From Eledone cirrhosa (Eukaryota), in NCBI GenBank assembly GCA_964016885.1, contig OZ024742.1, forward strand, positions 72,664,001 to 72,728,000: a stretch of 64,000 nt of DNA. Direction: 5' to 3'. Below the pieces are notes generated by a model, which saw nothing but the letters and a program-made list of their open reading frames with translations, did no database searches and had not been told where the DNA came from. Positions 38,441 through 52,582 of this stretch are shown here, one piece after another. The translations under genes were made by a program, and so were the position numbers. How positions within the stretch are numbered: the stretch's first letter is position 1; every line of letters begins with the position of its first letter.

Positions 38441-38989
38441 ATAAATATAAGACACTCATGTAAGCATGATAAAATGAGAGAGAGAGAGAGGGTATTTGTG
38501 TGAGATACTCATTTACAATCAATATTTATTTTTAAATCCACGAATTTGCCTCAGTTTGCATAGCTGACAAACAAGCCTCAATCTTACTTCATAGTTCAAT
38601 GGTTTACAATAAACAATGTAGGCTATTGAGAAAAATAATATCTGGAACTGTACACCAATGCCCTATTACAGAAAAACAGGAAGAAACTGCATCATTCCAT
38701 AGTGGCTTGAGAGATAAGCAATGTAATACACACACACAATAGTTATTCAAAGATTTAGTTATAAACAGTAGCTTACACATTTACTATTAAACATAGTTGT
38801 AGACACATTATTATTCAAAGATTTAGGTACACATGATCAAACATGAATGTACCTGCAACCCCAATGTACATCTTGCTATCACTGATCCTCTTTTATGTTA
38901 CCTCTCTCTTGCATACACCCCTTTGGCAAGCAACATGTAGCTTTTCCTCACCCCCAATCACTGCCTTACCAGCCAGGTCAAAGATGACA

Positions 38990-39335
38990 AAATGTGAGCT
39001 CCAGAATCAGAGAGTGGTAGTGCTAATGTCACAACAAAATGCACTCAGCCCACACTGTAAAGTGGTAGTGTTGGTGCCACTACAAAACGCACCCAGTCCG
39101 CCCTGTAAGGTGATAGTGCTAGTTCCCCAACAAAAAGACCCAGTTTGCCCTGCAAGAAGGTAGTGCCAGAGTCAAATAAAATTCTCCCAGTACATGCTGG
39201 GTATCCAACCATAAAAATCAACCAAAAAATGGAACACACGAGCAAAACAAGTTACCTGACCAGTCAAACTTCAGTACAATACAATCCGTTTAACCCATGC
39301 AAGCATAGAAAATAGTGTTAAACAGCAATGATGAA
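38990..39335 (+). mobile_element. RTE 3' UTR fragment with ~47-bp internal sub-repeats
   Basis: Repeated CCACACTGTAAAGTGGTAGTG units; ends AACCCATGCAAGCATAGAAAA..GTTAAAC..ATGATGA. Confidence 0.75.
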
Positions 39336-39715
39336 GACACACACAAGAACACACTTGTTCAATTTAGTTACATATATATTTGTGTGTGTTTATGTTTATA
39401 TCTCATAACTTAGCAGTTTGGCAGAAAGAGATTGATAAAATATGTACTTCAAAAAATAAGTGTGGTCGATATCATCAACTAAAATCCTTTCAAAGTGGGG
39501 CCCCAGCATGGCCACAGTCAAATGACTAAAATCAATGAAAGAATACATGTATATATACACACAAGTACACAATTATTCTATGATTTAGTTACATACACAA
39601 GGGCACACATTCAGTTTAGTTACATAAATACATATACACACTCAAGTACAAATTATCCCAAGATTTATTCATACACAAACACAGATAAGCAATGTAATAA
39701 ATATTTAGACATATA

Positions 39716-40428
39716 CAGGGTGGGGCATAAAGATCTCCCACATTTTGAAGGGATATAAAAAAAGATCACAACTAGAAAAAAACTGATTAAAATAGTTTTG
39801 CTTTAACGTGTTTTAAACATTATATCAGACAAATGGCAGCCATCTTTGGCAATGCATCGATGGAGTCATTCCCAAAAGTTCTCCATAACTCTCCAGGTCA
39901 TCTCAAATGGAATTGTATAGAATTACAGCTCTGCAGTTGGCATGATCTGTTAATTCTTGAACCAACATCAAATCCTCATGCAGAATCCTCCTCAAACTGA
40001 CTTGATATCTTTAGTACTATGCTATGCCTATGAGCCGAAAACTTTGGCAATTGCTGAATAGATGCTCTTACTGCTGCCACATTTTCTGGAGTTCTAACAG
40101 TCCTAGTTCTGCCAGGTGATTTTCTTTTCAGTGTGGATCCACTTACCTGAAGGTTAGAAATCCAAAGCAAAATCGCTTTCCGATCTGGTACAGATGCATT
40201 TGGACCAAATGTGAAGCGTCTGTAGAATGTTCACAGTGCAGCTATTACAGAACGGTTGTTTTCATATGCTTGAACAACAAAGCCACAATGTTCACCAGCC
40301 CAATACATGATGGATAATGAAAATGATAGAGCCTAGCCTACTGAATGAGACATGCCCTGCCTCTCCACCACTATTACAGCATGCACAGTGCTCCCTCCAA
40401 ATGTGGGAGATCTTTATGCCCCACCCTG
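39716..40428 (-). mobile_element. Internally deleted Tc1/mariner-superfamily transposon
   Basis: 30-bp perfect TIRs CAGGGTGGGGCATAAAGATCTCCCACATTT with TA TSDs; minus strand encodes the N-terminal HTH region (PDRKAILLW..GS..PGRTRTVRTPEN) fused to the C-terminal ..CIAKDGCHL; DDE core absent. Confidence 0.92.
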
Positions 40429-40532
40429 TATATATACATATATACAAACATACACAGAATAGTCATACAAAGATTTAGACATATATATGCACACACAATT
40501 ACAACAGTCATACAAAGATTTAGATATATATA

Positions 40533-40570
40533 TATATCTTTGTGTAGCTACTTTGTGCTATTCTGCGTAT

Positions 40571-40612
<42 letters not shown>

Positions 40613-40650
40613 ATATGCAGAATAGCACAAAGTAGCTACACAAAGATATA
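40533..40650. repeat. 118-bp palindrome centred on (TA)n
   Basis: TATATCTTTGTGTAGCTACTTTGTGCTATTCTGC.. mirrored with one mismatch around a (TA)n core. Confidence 0.92.
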
Positions 40651-41299
40651 ATTACATAAGCAATAGAGAGTACAAAGTAGTAATACCAAGATTTAGCAGG
40701 GAATTTGACATGAGGATGAGAAAAGGTTATACAACAGCAACACCACCCAAGACAGGTATAAAAGGCCAGGTTGAATAGCAATCAAGACATGGCTATACAC
40801 CAATAGTATATTTGACATTACCTTAGTTTGTAGAAGCTTCTTTAGAATTGGGTGACATAAATGCTATTGAAAACATCTACTGTAGGCCTGCAGATTCCAT
40901 CCAATGTCATGCCACTTTAGTACTGACCTCTTCCTATAGTGCCATCAGTGATATTGATACAACCTGCAGCGATACTTTCTCCAATGGCAATCTGGTGAAA
41001 TTAGAGTCAGACCCAGTTTTCATTTCCCAATAGACTGAGGATGAAAAGCTAACAAAGGACCAGCTGCTCTCTGATGTGTTTATTTTATAAACTGTAGTCA
41101 TGGAAACATGTCATTCTAGGCCGCCCAACCCCCTTTTCTGTTCAGTTTGACAGGAGTAGTCTGCAGGAATGAGCCCTACAAACTGGAATGGTTCTTTTAG
41201 TGCACCTCCACCATTCTTCGGACTAATGCATACACTATTTTGTCTGATGGGACAATAAAACAGTAATATAAAATTTAACTTTATTAAACATTCTAAAGT

Positions 41300-42155
41300 G
41301 AATGAGAGCTCCTGTATGCTGATAATCTAGTTCTCATAGCTGAACCTGTTACAGAATTAGAGAAGAAATTCCATACATGGAAGCAAAACTTGGAATCAAA
41401 AGGCCCTAGAGTGAACTTAACAAAAAGACTCAGGTAAGTAGGAAAATAGCTGTTTCAATATGCAGAGAAAGTGTTGATAATGTGTACAATATGTAAAATA
41501 TGAATACACAAGAAATGTAGCAGGATCACAGACAGGTTAACAAAGAATATATATAGACTTTGTATGTGGAAGATTCACAGGAGCAATAAGCAACAAGAGT
41601 GCACATGAAATGAATACTATCAAAATGTTCAGATTGCTCCTTAAAAGTTTTCAACAGCTTCTGCTACTTGGTTGACCTAATTAGTAGTGGAGATGGATGT
41701 TCTGAAAGTAAAATAGCTAGAGTGAGAAACAGTTGGAAACAATTCAGAATGCTATTACCTCTGCTGACTACAAAGGGCTTCTCTCTCAGGAGGAAAGGTA
41801 GATCATATGAGGTTTGTGTGTTAACTGCAATGCTACATGGATATGGGACTTAGGCCTTTAGTGCAGAGGATTGGTAAAAATTGAAAAGAAATAAGGTAAG
41901 CATGCTTCAATGGATGTGTAAAAGTAGTTTACATAAATGACAAAGCATTAATGTAATGAGAGAAAAACTGGACATAAGAAGGATTAGATGTAGTGCACAA
42001 GAAATGAGGCCTGCATTGGTATGGACATGAGATTTATATATGGAGGCTGACAACTGTATTAATAAGTGAAGGCTGACCTCACGAAGTTGGACCACATGAA
42101 GATACAAAATTGAGTCGACTGGCAATTTGTCATACTAAAAAAGACCCACCTTCTC
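41300..42155 (+). mobile_element. Old decayed RTE RT fragment
   Basis: ELLYADNL, WKQFRMLLPLL..KGFSL..KGRSY..AMLHG; many stops. Confidence 0.82.
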
Positions 42156-42852
42156 AGATGACTGATTAGACATGTATGAGGAGGACTGTTAGGTAGAGGC
42201 CGAGTTATATGAACATTTAGGTTCCTTGACTTCCCTGCTAATATGCCACCCTCTTCCTCTTAACCCCGCCCCTTAGTCTTGCTATCAACCACATCCTTAC
42301 TATCTAAACACCATGTTGCTCATGTAAACAAACTAATTATATTTTTCTATAATAGTAGTTTTTGATCCAAACAATAGCAACAAGGTCTTCCTGTACACAA
42401 GTGCTAGTGTTTCAGCTTATCCAGATGTAACAGTTAAAAGTCACAAATTTGTAACAACCACTTCACTTCCATTAAGCTGTTTCCAGCTTGTATTCCCTTC
42501 TCCATCCTCTAGCTGTCCACCTTGTCTTCACCCTACCTTTGCTCCTGCTTTTCAGCATTTTTGGCATTCTTTAACAGCTGAATATACAGAACACTCAACA
42601 GGTGTGTATACACAGTTCCAGTCACCAATACAACATAACATACTTGCACACAGACAAATGAATATGCAGATTTCGCCATGTCACAGAGCTAACTGATATT
42701 AAAGTGCGTGTGTGTACGCACACGTGTGTATTCACACGGTTTGTAAATGAAAGAGGTGGAAAGTATTTAATACATGGTGTAGAGTATATTTATTTAAACT
42801 GAATTCCTTTTTTCATGACTCAAGTTTCACATTATATGATATTTTATTCATA

Positions 42853-43233
42853 TCATCGTTTTATGTCCACTCTTTCATACTTACAGGGGTTGAACAGGTC
42901 CTTTCCAGTACAGTAACCCTGCACTTGTTGCTTTCCTTCATCTCCGTTGTGAGCCTAAGCAATTTGAGATCAGCTCTCACCACCTCAGCCCAAGTCGTCC
43001 TTGATCTTCCTCTACTGTAGATTTAGCAATCATCATCCATAAACATCACATGCTCATACCAGTGCAGTCTTCTCTCACTAGATCTGATTCCTCTTATGTC
43101 TAGTTTTTCTTTCAGTTCATCCATGCTTTGTCGTTCATGCACATTTACACTCCACATCCATTGAAGCATGATCACTTTATTTCTCCCCAGCCTTTGCGTA
43201 TCCTCTGCTTTCACGGCCCATGTCTCACTGCCA
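42853..43233 (-). mobile_element. RTE 3' fragment (family-2-like, short UTR)
   Basis: GSETWAV, ERRLHWYEHV, GRSRTTWAEVVR. Confidence 0.82.
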
Positions 43234-43235
43234 TT

Positions 43236-43605
43236 TGCTAAAAAGACCCACCTTCCCATGAGCACAGGCTGAAGCATACATCTAGTATACACTACCATTC
43301 ACCTCCATGTCCTAACACTCCACTCCTCACAAATGCCTATATATCCCTCCCCCAATCTCCTCATACCTATCCTACCAAAGTCCCCAGCCCACACTCTAAA
43401 GTGGTTGTAATGGTGATATGACAAAAAGCATCCAGCCCACACTGTAAATGTAGTTGGCATTAGGAAGGGCACCTAGCTGCAGAAACCAAGCCAAAATCAG
43501 TTCTGTATGAGCAGGATATCATCACCTGACCTGACCTGTCTCAACGGGACAACTTGTCTAACCCATGCTAGCATGGAAAAATGGATGTTAAACGGTGATG
43601 CTGAT
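43236..43605 (+). mobile_element. RTE 3' UTR fragment, head-to-head with the preceding element
   Basis: AAAAGACCCACCTTCCCATGAG...AACCCATGCTAGCATGGAAAAATGGATGTTAAACG. Confidence 0.8.
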
Positions 43606-43705
43606 GTGTAAAAAATATACATAAAATGGTGATGATATATATACCATCACTTTTATATCCATATATACACATATGTGTGTATGTGTAAAGGCACATGGCT
43701 TAGTG

Positions 43706-44647
43706 CAGTGGTCGCCAACATGGGTTCCGCGGAACATTGGGGTTCCATAAAACAAACTCCGGGTTCCTTAAAAAAATAAATATTTACATTACCATTAATA
43801 TTTTGGGTTTTCTGAAAAAGGTGCAATGTATAAATGAACGAGTACTATTGTAGTGTACACAGGTTCTCCACTCCAATTCGTGGAAAACACTACTTTCAGT
43901 TTCTCACTTGAATTAGCAGAAAAACACTGTTCTGAGATTCGTGGAAATTGAATACTTTCAATTTCACATCAATTCACATCAATTTTTTTATTTCCATGTG
44001 TCTAACACACGTGGGCATGCCCACAAAGTCAGAAAACAGCACAGTTCCCATGACTTTCAGAAACATTTTTTCACGCTCAGCGTTGCTGAAGCATGGAACA
44101 AACTGCCTGCATCGGTTGTTAGCTGTTGAGACACTGCATCCTTTAAGGCCTCCATGCTTCCCGATATCTGCCAACACTACACCTAATGTTCCCCCTCCAT
44201 ACACACATGTATACCATGACCCATACACTATTCACTTCCCTGATATTTGTGTATTATTCTATGTACTATACATACACCTTTGACGAGTTGTAGTGCACCT
44301 GAGAACTTTACTCAATAATTTCATTATTATTATTCTTGGAAAGACATAGTTTTCTGAATTCCGAGAATTTGACTACTACTGATAATACACTAATTGAACT
44401 TAGAAATTGACCAATCACGAACAAGTAAACGTTGGTCGGTGACAGCATAACTTTAAACTGAAAACTTCAGTTCAGCGAGGTCTCTCAGCCGAGAGACTGG
44501 GTTAGTTTGCTGTTCTCACAACGTAAGTTCACTAAAATAAATAAATACTTTATTATTTTTTTTGACAAGTTTTGTATTGTATAGGTTCCGTGAAGAATTC
44601 AAAATATTTAGAGGGTTCCTCGGTTTTAGAAAGGTTGGCGACCACTG
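43706..44647. mobile_element. Non-autonomous hAT element (MITE)
   Basis: 14-bp TIRs CAGTGGTCGCCAAC / GTTGGCGACCACTG; 8-bp TSD GCTTAGTG at 43698-43705 and 44648-44655; subterminal GGGTTCC motifs. Confidence 0.93.
43975..44335 (+). mobile_element. CR1-type LINE 3' end nested in the hAT MITE
   Basis: NTRGHAHKV..HFFTLSVAEAWNKLPASVV (CR1 C-terminal motif), 3' UTR and (ATT)n tail. Confidence 0.82.
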
Positions 44648-45031
44648 GCTTAGTGGATAGGGTGCTCGGCTCAGGCTCATGAGGTCATGAGCTTGATTCC
44701 TGTAGAGCGTTGTGTCCTTCAGCATCACACTACTTTGTTTCATGTTGTTCCAGTCCAGTCAGATGGAAAAAAATGAGCCATACCTGTAATTCAATGGGCC
44801 AGCTGTGTCACTCACTGTCATGCTGAATCTCCCTATGGAATGCTCAGCATATTATTTCACAAGCAGGCTGCTCCGTTGATCAAATCAACCAGAACACTCA
44901 CTGTTGGAAGTCCAACACGCACACGTGCATGCATGCATTTATATATATATATATATATATATATAAATATATATGAAATAGATATCATTTTTTACAAAAA
45001 CAATATAAAAAATTAGAAACGTAGGTGTAGA

Positions 45032-45106
<75 letters not shown>

Positions 45107-45256
45107 TATTGTATTGACCCTGGAAGGATGAAATGCAAACTTCATTTCAGTAGAATTGGTGTTCAGAATGTAAAGAACCAGAGCTAATACAGCAAAGCAT
45201 AATGTTTGACACTCAAACAATCTACCATCCTCAATTTACTAATACTACTACTAATA

Positions 45257-45430
45257 ATTGTTTCTACGTTTGGCACAAGGCCAGTAATTACCCAGTGCAT
45301 TTATTTTATCGACCCCGTAAGGATGAAAGGCAAAGTTAACCTCGGCGGGATTTGAACTCAGAATGGCAAGGGCCGTAACTCTATGCGTCAAAGCATGGCG
45401 TCTGACCCTCTACCGATACTGCCAATCCAC
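45257..45430 (-). mobile_element. tRNA-derived SINE, same family as 34624-34812
   Basis: Near-identical sequence; probable TSD ACTAATACT; an older related copy lies at ~45105-45230. Confidence 0.85.
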
Positions 45431-46519
45431 TAATACTTTCTTTTAATCATCATTGCATTGTTAGTAGTAGTAGTAGTAGTAGTTCTTATGCCTTCGAAGG
45501 TGATGGAGGAGGGGACATTACAGCCTCAAGTTACATAAAGTGTCCCAGCATGGCTATAGCTCAATAACTGAAACCTGTACAAGAATACAAGTGTTTAAAG
45601 ACTATTTTCTCTGCTAAAGCAAGGGTTAGCCTTGTGCGGCTCCACAAACTTCATATTCATTAAGGGGGTCCTTTATGATGCAATGTTTTATAGTTGAATG
45701 TTCCTCGTAGCACCAACCCTTTTAGTCCCCTCTTATGACATGCAGGGATACGGTGTACCTATTCTAAACCAGATAAACACAGTATGCATTCAATAAAAGA
45801 ACAAATTACAAGGTCAGATTTTAATGTCAGTATCTATCACACATTACATACAGATATTTGATAAAGAGCAACAGAAGGGCCAGTGATTATCTCTTTTGAA
45901 ATTGCTACTCAATGTCTAATGCATCAAACAATATCATTATTTAACATTACAATTTAACTTTTGGTGCCAACCTACCCATGACCACCCCTGTTATATACAA
46001 GCTCACACACGAGACAGTTCACACATATATGGCAACTAAAATGTTAGGACATTAGTACATACATATATAACACATATGCTCACACATACAAGTGAACAAG
46101 TATAAACATCTCTAAACTAAATAAAGCATCAACACACACACATGTCCACATACAGCTACAAACAGATTCACACACACCATTCAAACATATACATACAAAT
46201 GTGCTCACACGCAATCCACACAGGTTAAAGCTATGTGGTAGCTGGCAGGTGCCTTATACGAGTGACTTTTAAAGTCCAGTTGATAAGGTACCACCACTAC
46301 CACCACCACTGCCACCACACCAACCACCCCCACTGTCACCAGGTGGTGATAACAATTAGACCTTGACCAGCGCACTCATCTACCCTGTATGAAACAATAC
46401 ACATAGGTCTTAAGATATGGAGCTGGACTTTTATCTTCATCAGAGTGAAGATACTGACTGATGGACAGATCAGGTGAAATATATGGGGGGGGGGGGGGCA
46501 CAAAATACAACTGTTTACT

Positions 46520-48230
46520 GTATCTCTACCACTACTACCTGTATCATTATACAACCACATCCACATGTAACACTACACCACCACCATCTACAACCACATG
46601 CACCACTACACCTCCACATGCATTACTACACTCCTATAGCACCTGTATCACTAGCCCACCACCAACACCCTTATTATTACACCACCACATCTACATGTCT
46701 CAATACAGCAACACCTTCATTGATGATTGTGACAGAGGTGTTGTGATAAGGTGCCAGTAATGTGGTATCGTGGTGTTGTGTTTTAGCATGGTATGTAGTG
46801 TGGTGTTGTGCTATGGGTATAGTGTTGTGTTGTAGCATGGTATATAGTGTGGTCTAGTGTTGTGATGGTGGTGAGGTTGTGTTGTAGCATGCTGTGTAGA
46901 GTTTGGTGTGATGTTGTGCTATGTTATAGTGTGGTGTGGTGTGGTTGTGCTATGGTATGGTACTGTGATTGTAGTATTGTGTAGTATAGTGTGGTGTGGA
47001 TATGTTGTAGCATGGTATGGAGAGTATGGTATGGTGTTATGTAGTGTTGTAGTGTGGTTGTGCTGTAGCGTGGACAGTAGAGTGGCAATAAAAGTGCTGT
47101 AAAAAGAGTTGTTACATAAAGAAGATTTCTTCATGAGGAAAAGATTGTCTGATGGAGAGACTACAGGCATGGCACGATGGTACAGACAGAGGGGCAAGAG
47201 GGAGGTAAGAATGTGAATGAGAGAGAGGAGGGAGGGAGGAAGGAAGGAAGAAGGCAAGTGTGAAAGATAGGGTGTGAGGGGATGAGGGGGGGTGCATGGG
47301 TATGAGGGGTGTGAGAGGTGGATGTGAGGGAGGTGGCCGTGCGTGTGAGAGAGAGAGAGAGAGAAGTGTGGGTGTGAGAGGGGGGAGAGAAATAGATGGC
47401 ATGTGTGTAAGAGAGAGAAACAAAAGAGAAAGATGGACAGCTGACAGACTGTATGTTAAAACAACTGTTAGTCTGGCAGTTTGTTGTCATGACAAAGTAG
47501 ATGTTATGAGAGAAAGAGAGTCAGTGAGGCAGAAAGATTATGTGTAAAAGTGAGCAGAGAATGCATAAAACTGCTAACATGCATAGCATGCATATGTAAC
47601 TGTAAAGATGTGTTGTGTGTGTGTGTCAAAGTGAACAAAGTATGTGTATATATATATACATACGTACATGTGAAGATATGTGTGTGTGTGTAACTGCATG
47701 TATATGCAATAGAGAGCGCATAAATGTGAGAGTACACAAGAGTCATATAGAGAGAGTGCATGAGAAAAACTGTGTGAGCAACAGAGGGTGCAAGAGCACA
47801 TGCATGCAAAATGTGTATGTGAATGAGAGAGAGAATATAAAAGTGAAAGAGTGAAAGGAAGAGACATTGAATAGGAAAGTGGTGCGAGTGTGTATATGCA
47901 TGTATATGTATGTGTGTTTGTATGTGTATATGTGCTTGTGTGTGTGTGTTAGAATTGAGAGCATGGCTAGTAAAAGAGGAAACTGTGTTGTTGAGATAGT
48001 GAAGAGAGCATGAGTATCTATATGTGTAGGAAAGAAAGTATATATGTATATATATGTAGAAATGACAGAGTGTGTATGTATATATGAAGGGAAGATAGAG
48101 TATATATGTAGGAAGAGAGTATGTATATATGAAGGAACGGAAATTTATATGTATATCTGTAGGAAAGAAATTGTATATGGAAGGAAAATAGTGAGTGCAT
48201 GTGTGTATGTGTATGTGTGTGTGTGTGTGT
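46520..48230. repeat. Low-complexity mosaic of (CAC/TAC), (GTG/TGT), (GA) and (TG/TA) tracts
   Basis: Directly visible. Confidence 0.75.
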
Positions 48231-48290
48231 GATTAAAATAACACGAAGCCAGACTGGTAATATTCCTTGAATGTTTTATTGTTGCCAAAA

Positions 48291-48350
48291 ACACTATATA
48301 TATATTTTAATCGCCTGGTTATTTAAGATTCTGGCGACATCATCAGGTGT
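48291..48350 (-). ncRNA. Degenerate hammerhead motif (GAAA mutated to AAAA)
   Basis: Minus strand ACAC-CTGATGA-TGTCGCC..GGCGATT-AAAA-TATATATA-TA-GTGT. Confidence 0.55.
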
Positions 48351-48540
48351 AGATTGTATAATTAGTTAATCAATAAAGGAATTACAGCAAAATAAAACGG
48401 AATAGAGAAAATATTTGATTCGGAGATGGTCTGTGAAATAGGTGTTGTTGCTGCAGACCATCTCTGAATGCTTTTCCTACTGTTACATCATGGTTAACTA
48501 AACAGAATAACCAGTTCTAGCCATTGGTGAACCACAAGAC

Positions 48541-48587
<47 letters not shown>

Positions 48588-48725
48588 ATATAGATTTGGG
48601 GACCGTCTGCTATCGATATAACAGCATATTAACAGGCTGTCCCCGAATAGTATTTTCTAATATTTTTTTCTATCTCCTATTCTATGCTTGGGTTCAACGT
48701 AATCCTGTTACATAATTCTGCAAAT

Positions 48726-48800
48726 AACACCTGATGAAATCGCCTAGTCTTGCATCATAATTGGATGAGAGAGCTGGGCCATTGAAATATGTATAACGCT
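48726..48800 (+). ncRNA. Degenerate hammerhead motif
   Basis: ACAC-CTGATGA-AAT..(GCCTAG/CTGGGC)..ATT-GAAA-TATGTA-TA; stem I 3' strand decayed. Confidence 0.5.
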
Positions 48801-49118
48801 TTCGCAGATTTAAAATTTAAAGTAAATTTTTCCAGTCCTGTCTTCTGTCATTGTGTTAATGAATACTTTACTCCATTCCTGCACCAGCCACTGGATAGCA
48901 CATCTACGATGGAAGACTTGAATAATGTTGAGTGCTTTAATTAATTTGTTGCATCATCATATACCAACCCGAACCAATGGTTCTACCCATTGGTAAACAG
49001 CCCAACATAAATGGTATAGGTATGTGTGTGAATAGAATATATACATACGAAAGAGGGGTAGAGTGTATCTATATATGTATCGAAGAGAGAGTGTTTATAT
49101 GTAGAGTATATATATATA

Positions 49119-49654
49119 TGAATAGCCCCTGTTTATTTTAACATGTCTATTGAGCACTCTTATTCGATGTGTGTTTTTGCCACATTTTTCCGAATATTTT
49201 TGCGGATATAAAGGTTATCTCCCTTGCTGAAATCCATGTGCGTATTTTTAGCCTGGGTCTTGTCTTTTCATCCATTCGGACGAAGCTCGTTGATGAAGTA
49301 ACTCCAGTCCCCCGATTGTCTGTAAGTCTTATATTTTTATATGAGCTGATAGATGACGGTTTAAGGATTTACAGAAACCCAAGAAGCTAGATATTCCATC
49401 TCTCTAGTGGGTCCGGGTATGCATTTTACATTCATTTCATTTATTGATTTATTCATAATTTATCTGAGTGTCCCGAATCTTCCATGTCGAACTTTTCGGT
49501 TATTTGGTTGATTGTAGACATATTCTACGTGTGACGGTATTTTAACGATAGTTATAGCTCTAATTTATTTGAATTATAGAGCCCTCTGCCGCTCATCTCG
49601 AATTTTGTTTATCGTGAACTCGTGCGCCGATTTTTCGATACTCGATTATTCTAC

Positions 49655-49655
<1 letters not shown>
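49119..49655. repeat. ~537-bp segment duplicated at 56598-57135
   Basis: Few substitutions between copies; both run into (TA)n at the same base. Confidence 0.93.
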
Positions 49656-49711
<56 letters not shown>

Positions 49712-49847
49712 TATATATATAATATATATATATATATTATATATATTATATATATATATATATATATTATATATATTATATATAATATATATATATATAT
49801 TATATATATTATATATATAATATATATATATATATTATATTATATAT

Positions 49848-49895
<48 letters not shown>

Positions 49896-49904
49896 ATTAT
49901 ATAT

Positions 49905-49952
<48 letters not shown>

Positions 49953-50063
49953 AATATATTATATATATATATTATATTATATATATATATTATATTATAT
50001 ATATATATATATTATATATATATATATATTATATATATATATATATTATATATATATATATAT

Positions 50064-50095
<32 letters not shown>

Positions 50096-50099
50096 AATA

Positions 50100-50146
<47 letters not shown>

Positions 50147-50181
50147 AATATATATATTATATATATATATATATATTATAT

Positions 50182-50235
<54 letters not shown>

Positions 50236-50270
50236 TATATTATATATATATAATATATATATTATATATA

Positions 50271-50312
<42 letters not shown>

Positions 50313-50481
50313 CATATTATATATATATATATTATATATATATATTATATATATATATTATATATATATTATATATATATATATTATATATATATATATT
50401 ATATATATATATATTATATATATATATATATTATATATATATATATTATATATATATATATATTATATATATATTATTATA

Positions 50482-50567
<86 letters not shown>

Positions 50568-50662
50568 GATATATATATATAGATATATATATATATATAT
50601 ATATAGATATATATATATAGATATATATATATATATATATATAGATATATATATATATATAT

Positions 50663-50705
<43 letters not shown>

Positions 50706-50848
50706 TATATATATATATATAGATATATAGATATATATATATATATAGATATATATAGATATATATATATATATAGATATATATATATATATTTAGATAT
50801 ATATATATATAGATATAGATATATATATATATATATAGATATATATAT

Positions 50849-50904
<56 letters not shown>

Positions 50905-51059
50905 ATATATATATCTATATCTATATATATATATATATATATCTATATATATATATATCTAAATATATCTATATATATCTATATATATATATATATCTAT
51001 ATCTATATATATCTATATATATCTATATATATATATATATATCTATATATCTATATATA

Positions 51060-51115
<56 letters not shown>

Positions 51116-51267
51116 ATATATAGATATATATATATATATTTAGATATATATATATATATATATATCTAAATATATCTATATATATCTATATATATATATA
51201 TATCTATATCTATATATATCTATATATATCTATATATATCTATGATATATATCTATATATATCTATA

Positions 51268-51319
<52 letters not shown>

Positions 51320-51732
51320 TATATATATATATATTTAGATATATATATATATATTTAGATATATATATATATATTTAGATATATATATATATATATATAG
51401 ATATATATATATATATATAGATATAGATATATATAGATATATATATATATATATAGATATAGATATATATATATATATATATATAGATATATAGATATAT
51501 ATATATATATATATATATAGATATATATATAGATATAGATATATATATATATATATATATAGATATATAGATATATATATATATATATATATATAGATAT
51601 ATATATAGATAGATATATATATATAGATATATATATATATATAGATATATATATATATATAGATATATAGATATATATATATATATAGATATATATATAT
51701 AGATATATATATATATATAGATATATATATAT

Positions 51733-51767
<35 letters not shown>

Positions 51768-51820
51768 TATATATATATATATATAGATATATATATATAT
51801 AGATATATATATATATATAT

Positions 51821-51865
<45 letters not shown>

Positions 51866-52056
51866 TATATATATATATATATATAGATATATATATATAT
51901 AGATATATATATATATATATATAGATATATATATATATATATATATATATAGATATATATATATATAGATATATATATATATATATATATATATAGATAT
52001 ATATATATATAGATATATATATATATATATATAGATAGATAGATATATATATATAA
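49655..52056. repeat. 2.4-kb (TA)n array with TT, TAGA and TCTA interruptions
   Basis: Directly visible. Further arrays at 52677-53117, 53558-54060, 55380-56520, 57135-58099 and 61310-61632. Confidence 0.97.
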
Positions 52057-52144
52057 TGGAAAAATTTGAACAGGAACAAAACAGAGAGGCAGTACAACGA
52101 ATGTTTATTAATTTCACACTCTGGAGAGTGGGGTGGTGGTGGGG

Positions 52145-52180
52145 AACGACGTTTCGGGCATAAGCCCTTCCTCAGGTGAG
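52145..52180 (-). ncRNA. Minimal hammerhead motif in a PLE pseudo-LTR
   Basis: Minus strand CTGAGGA-A-GGGC-TTAT-GCCC-GAAACGTC, with a palindromic ACGT stem III; stem I pairs weakly. Confidence 0.65.
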
Positions 52181-52382
52181 AAGTGTGTGGGAACAAAGTT
52201 CAAAGGGTGTGTAGGGGAGTGTTGGAGAGACATATAGCGAAAGGAAACGGTGCGAATGAAAATAAAAATAAAAATAAAGCATGATCAAAATACAAGGAAT
52301 GAAATAAAATTAAATATAAAAGCATGATCAAAATAAACTGAAATTAAAAGGGGGGTAAAACAGGTGGTGGAAGGGTCTGGGG

Positions 52383-52582
52383 NNNNNNNNNNNNNNNNNN
52401 NNNNNNNNNNNNNNNNNNNNNNNNNNNNNNNNNNNNNNNNNNNNNNNNNNNNNNNNNNNNNNNNNNNNNNNNNNNNNNNNNNNNNNNNNNNNNNNNNNNN
52501 NNNNNNNNNNNNNNNNNNNNNNNNNNNNNNNNNNNNNNNNNNNNNNNNNNNNNNNNNNNNNNNNNNNNNNNNNNNNNNNNNN
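52383..52582. other. Assembly gap (200 N)
   Basis: Run of N. Confidence 1.

Larger units (their letters stand above)
43690..44910 (+). mobile_element. tRNA-derived SINE interrupted in its A box by a hAT MITE
   Basis: GGCACATGGCTTAGTG|...|GATAGGGTG..GAGCTTGATTCC (B box)..TTGTGTCCTT. Confidence 0.75.

Noticed and set aside
42853-43605. Possible twin-priming inversion
   Set aside because: Each half has its own 3' end and they belong to different RTE types.
46400-46450. Minus-strand CTGATGA with a short stem
   Set aside because: No GAAA core follows, so it is not counted as a hammerhead.
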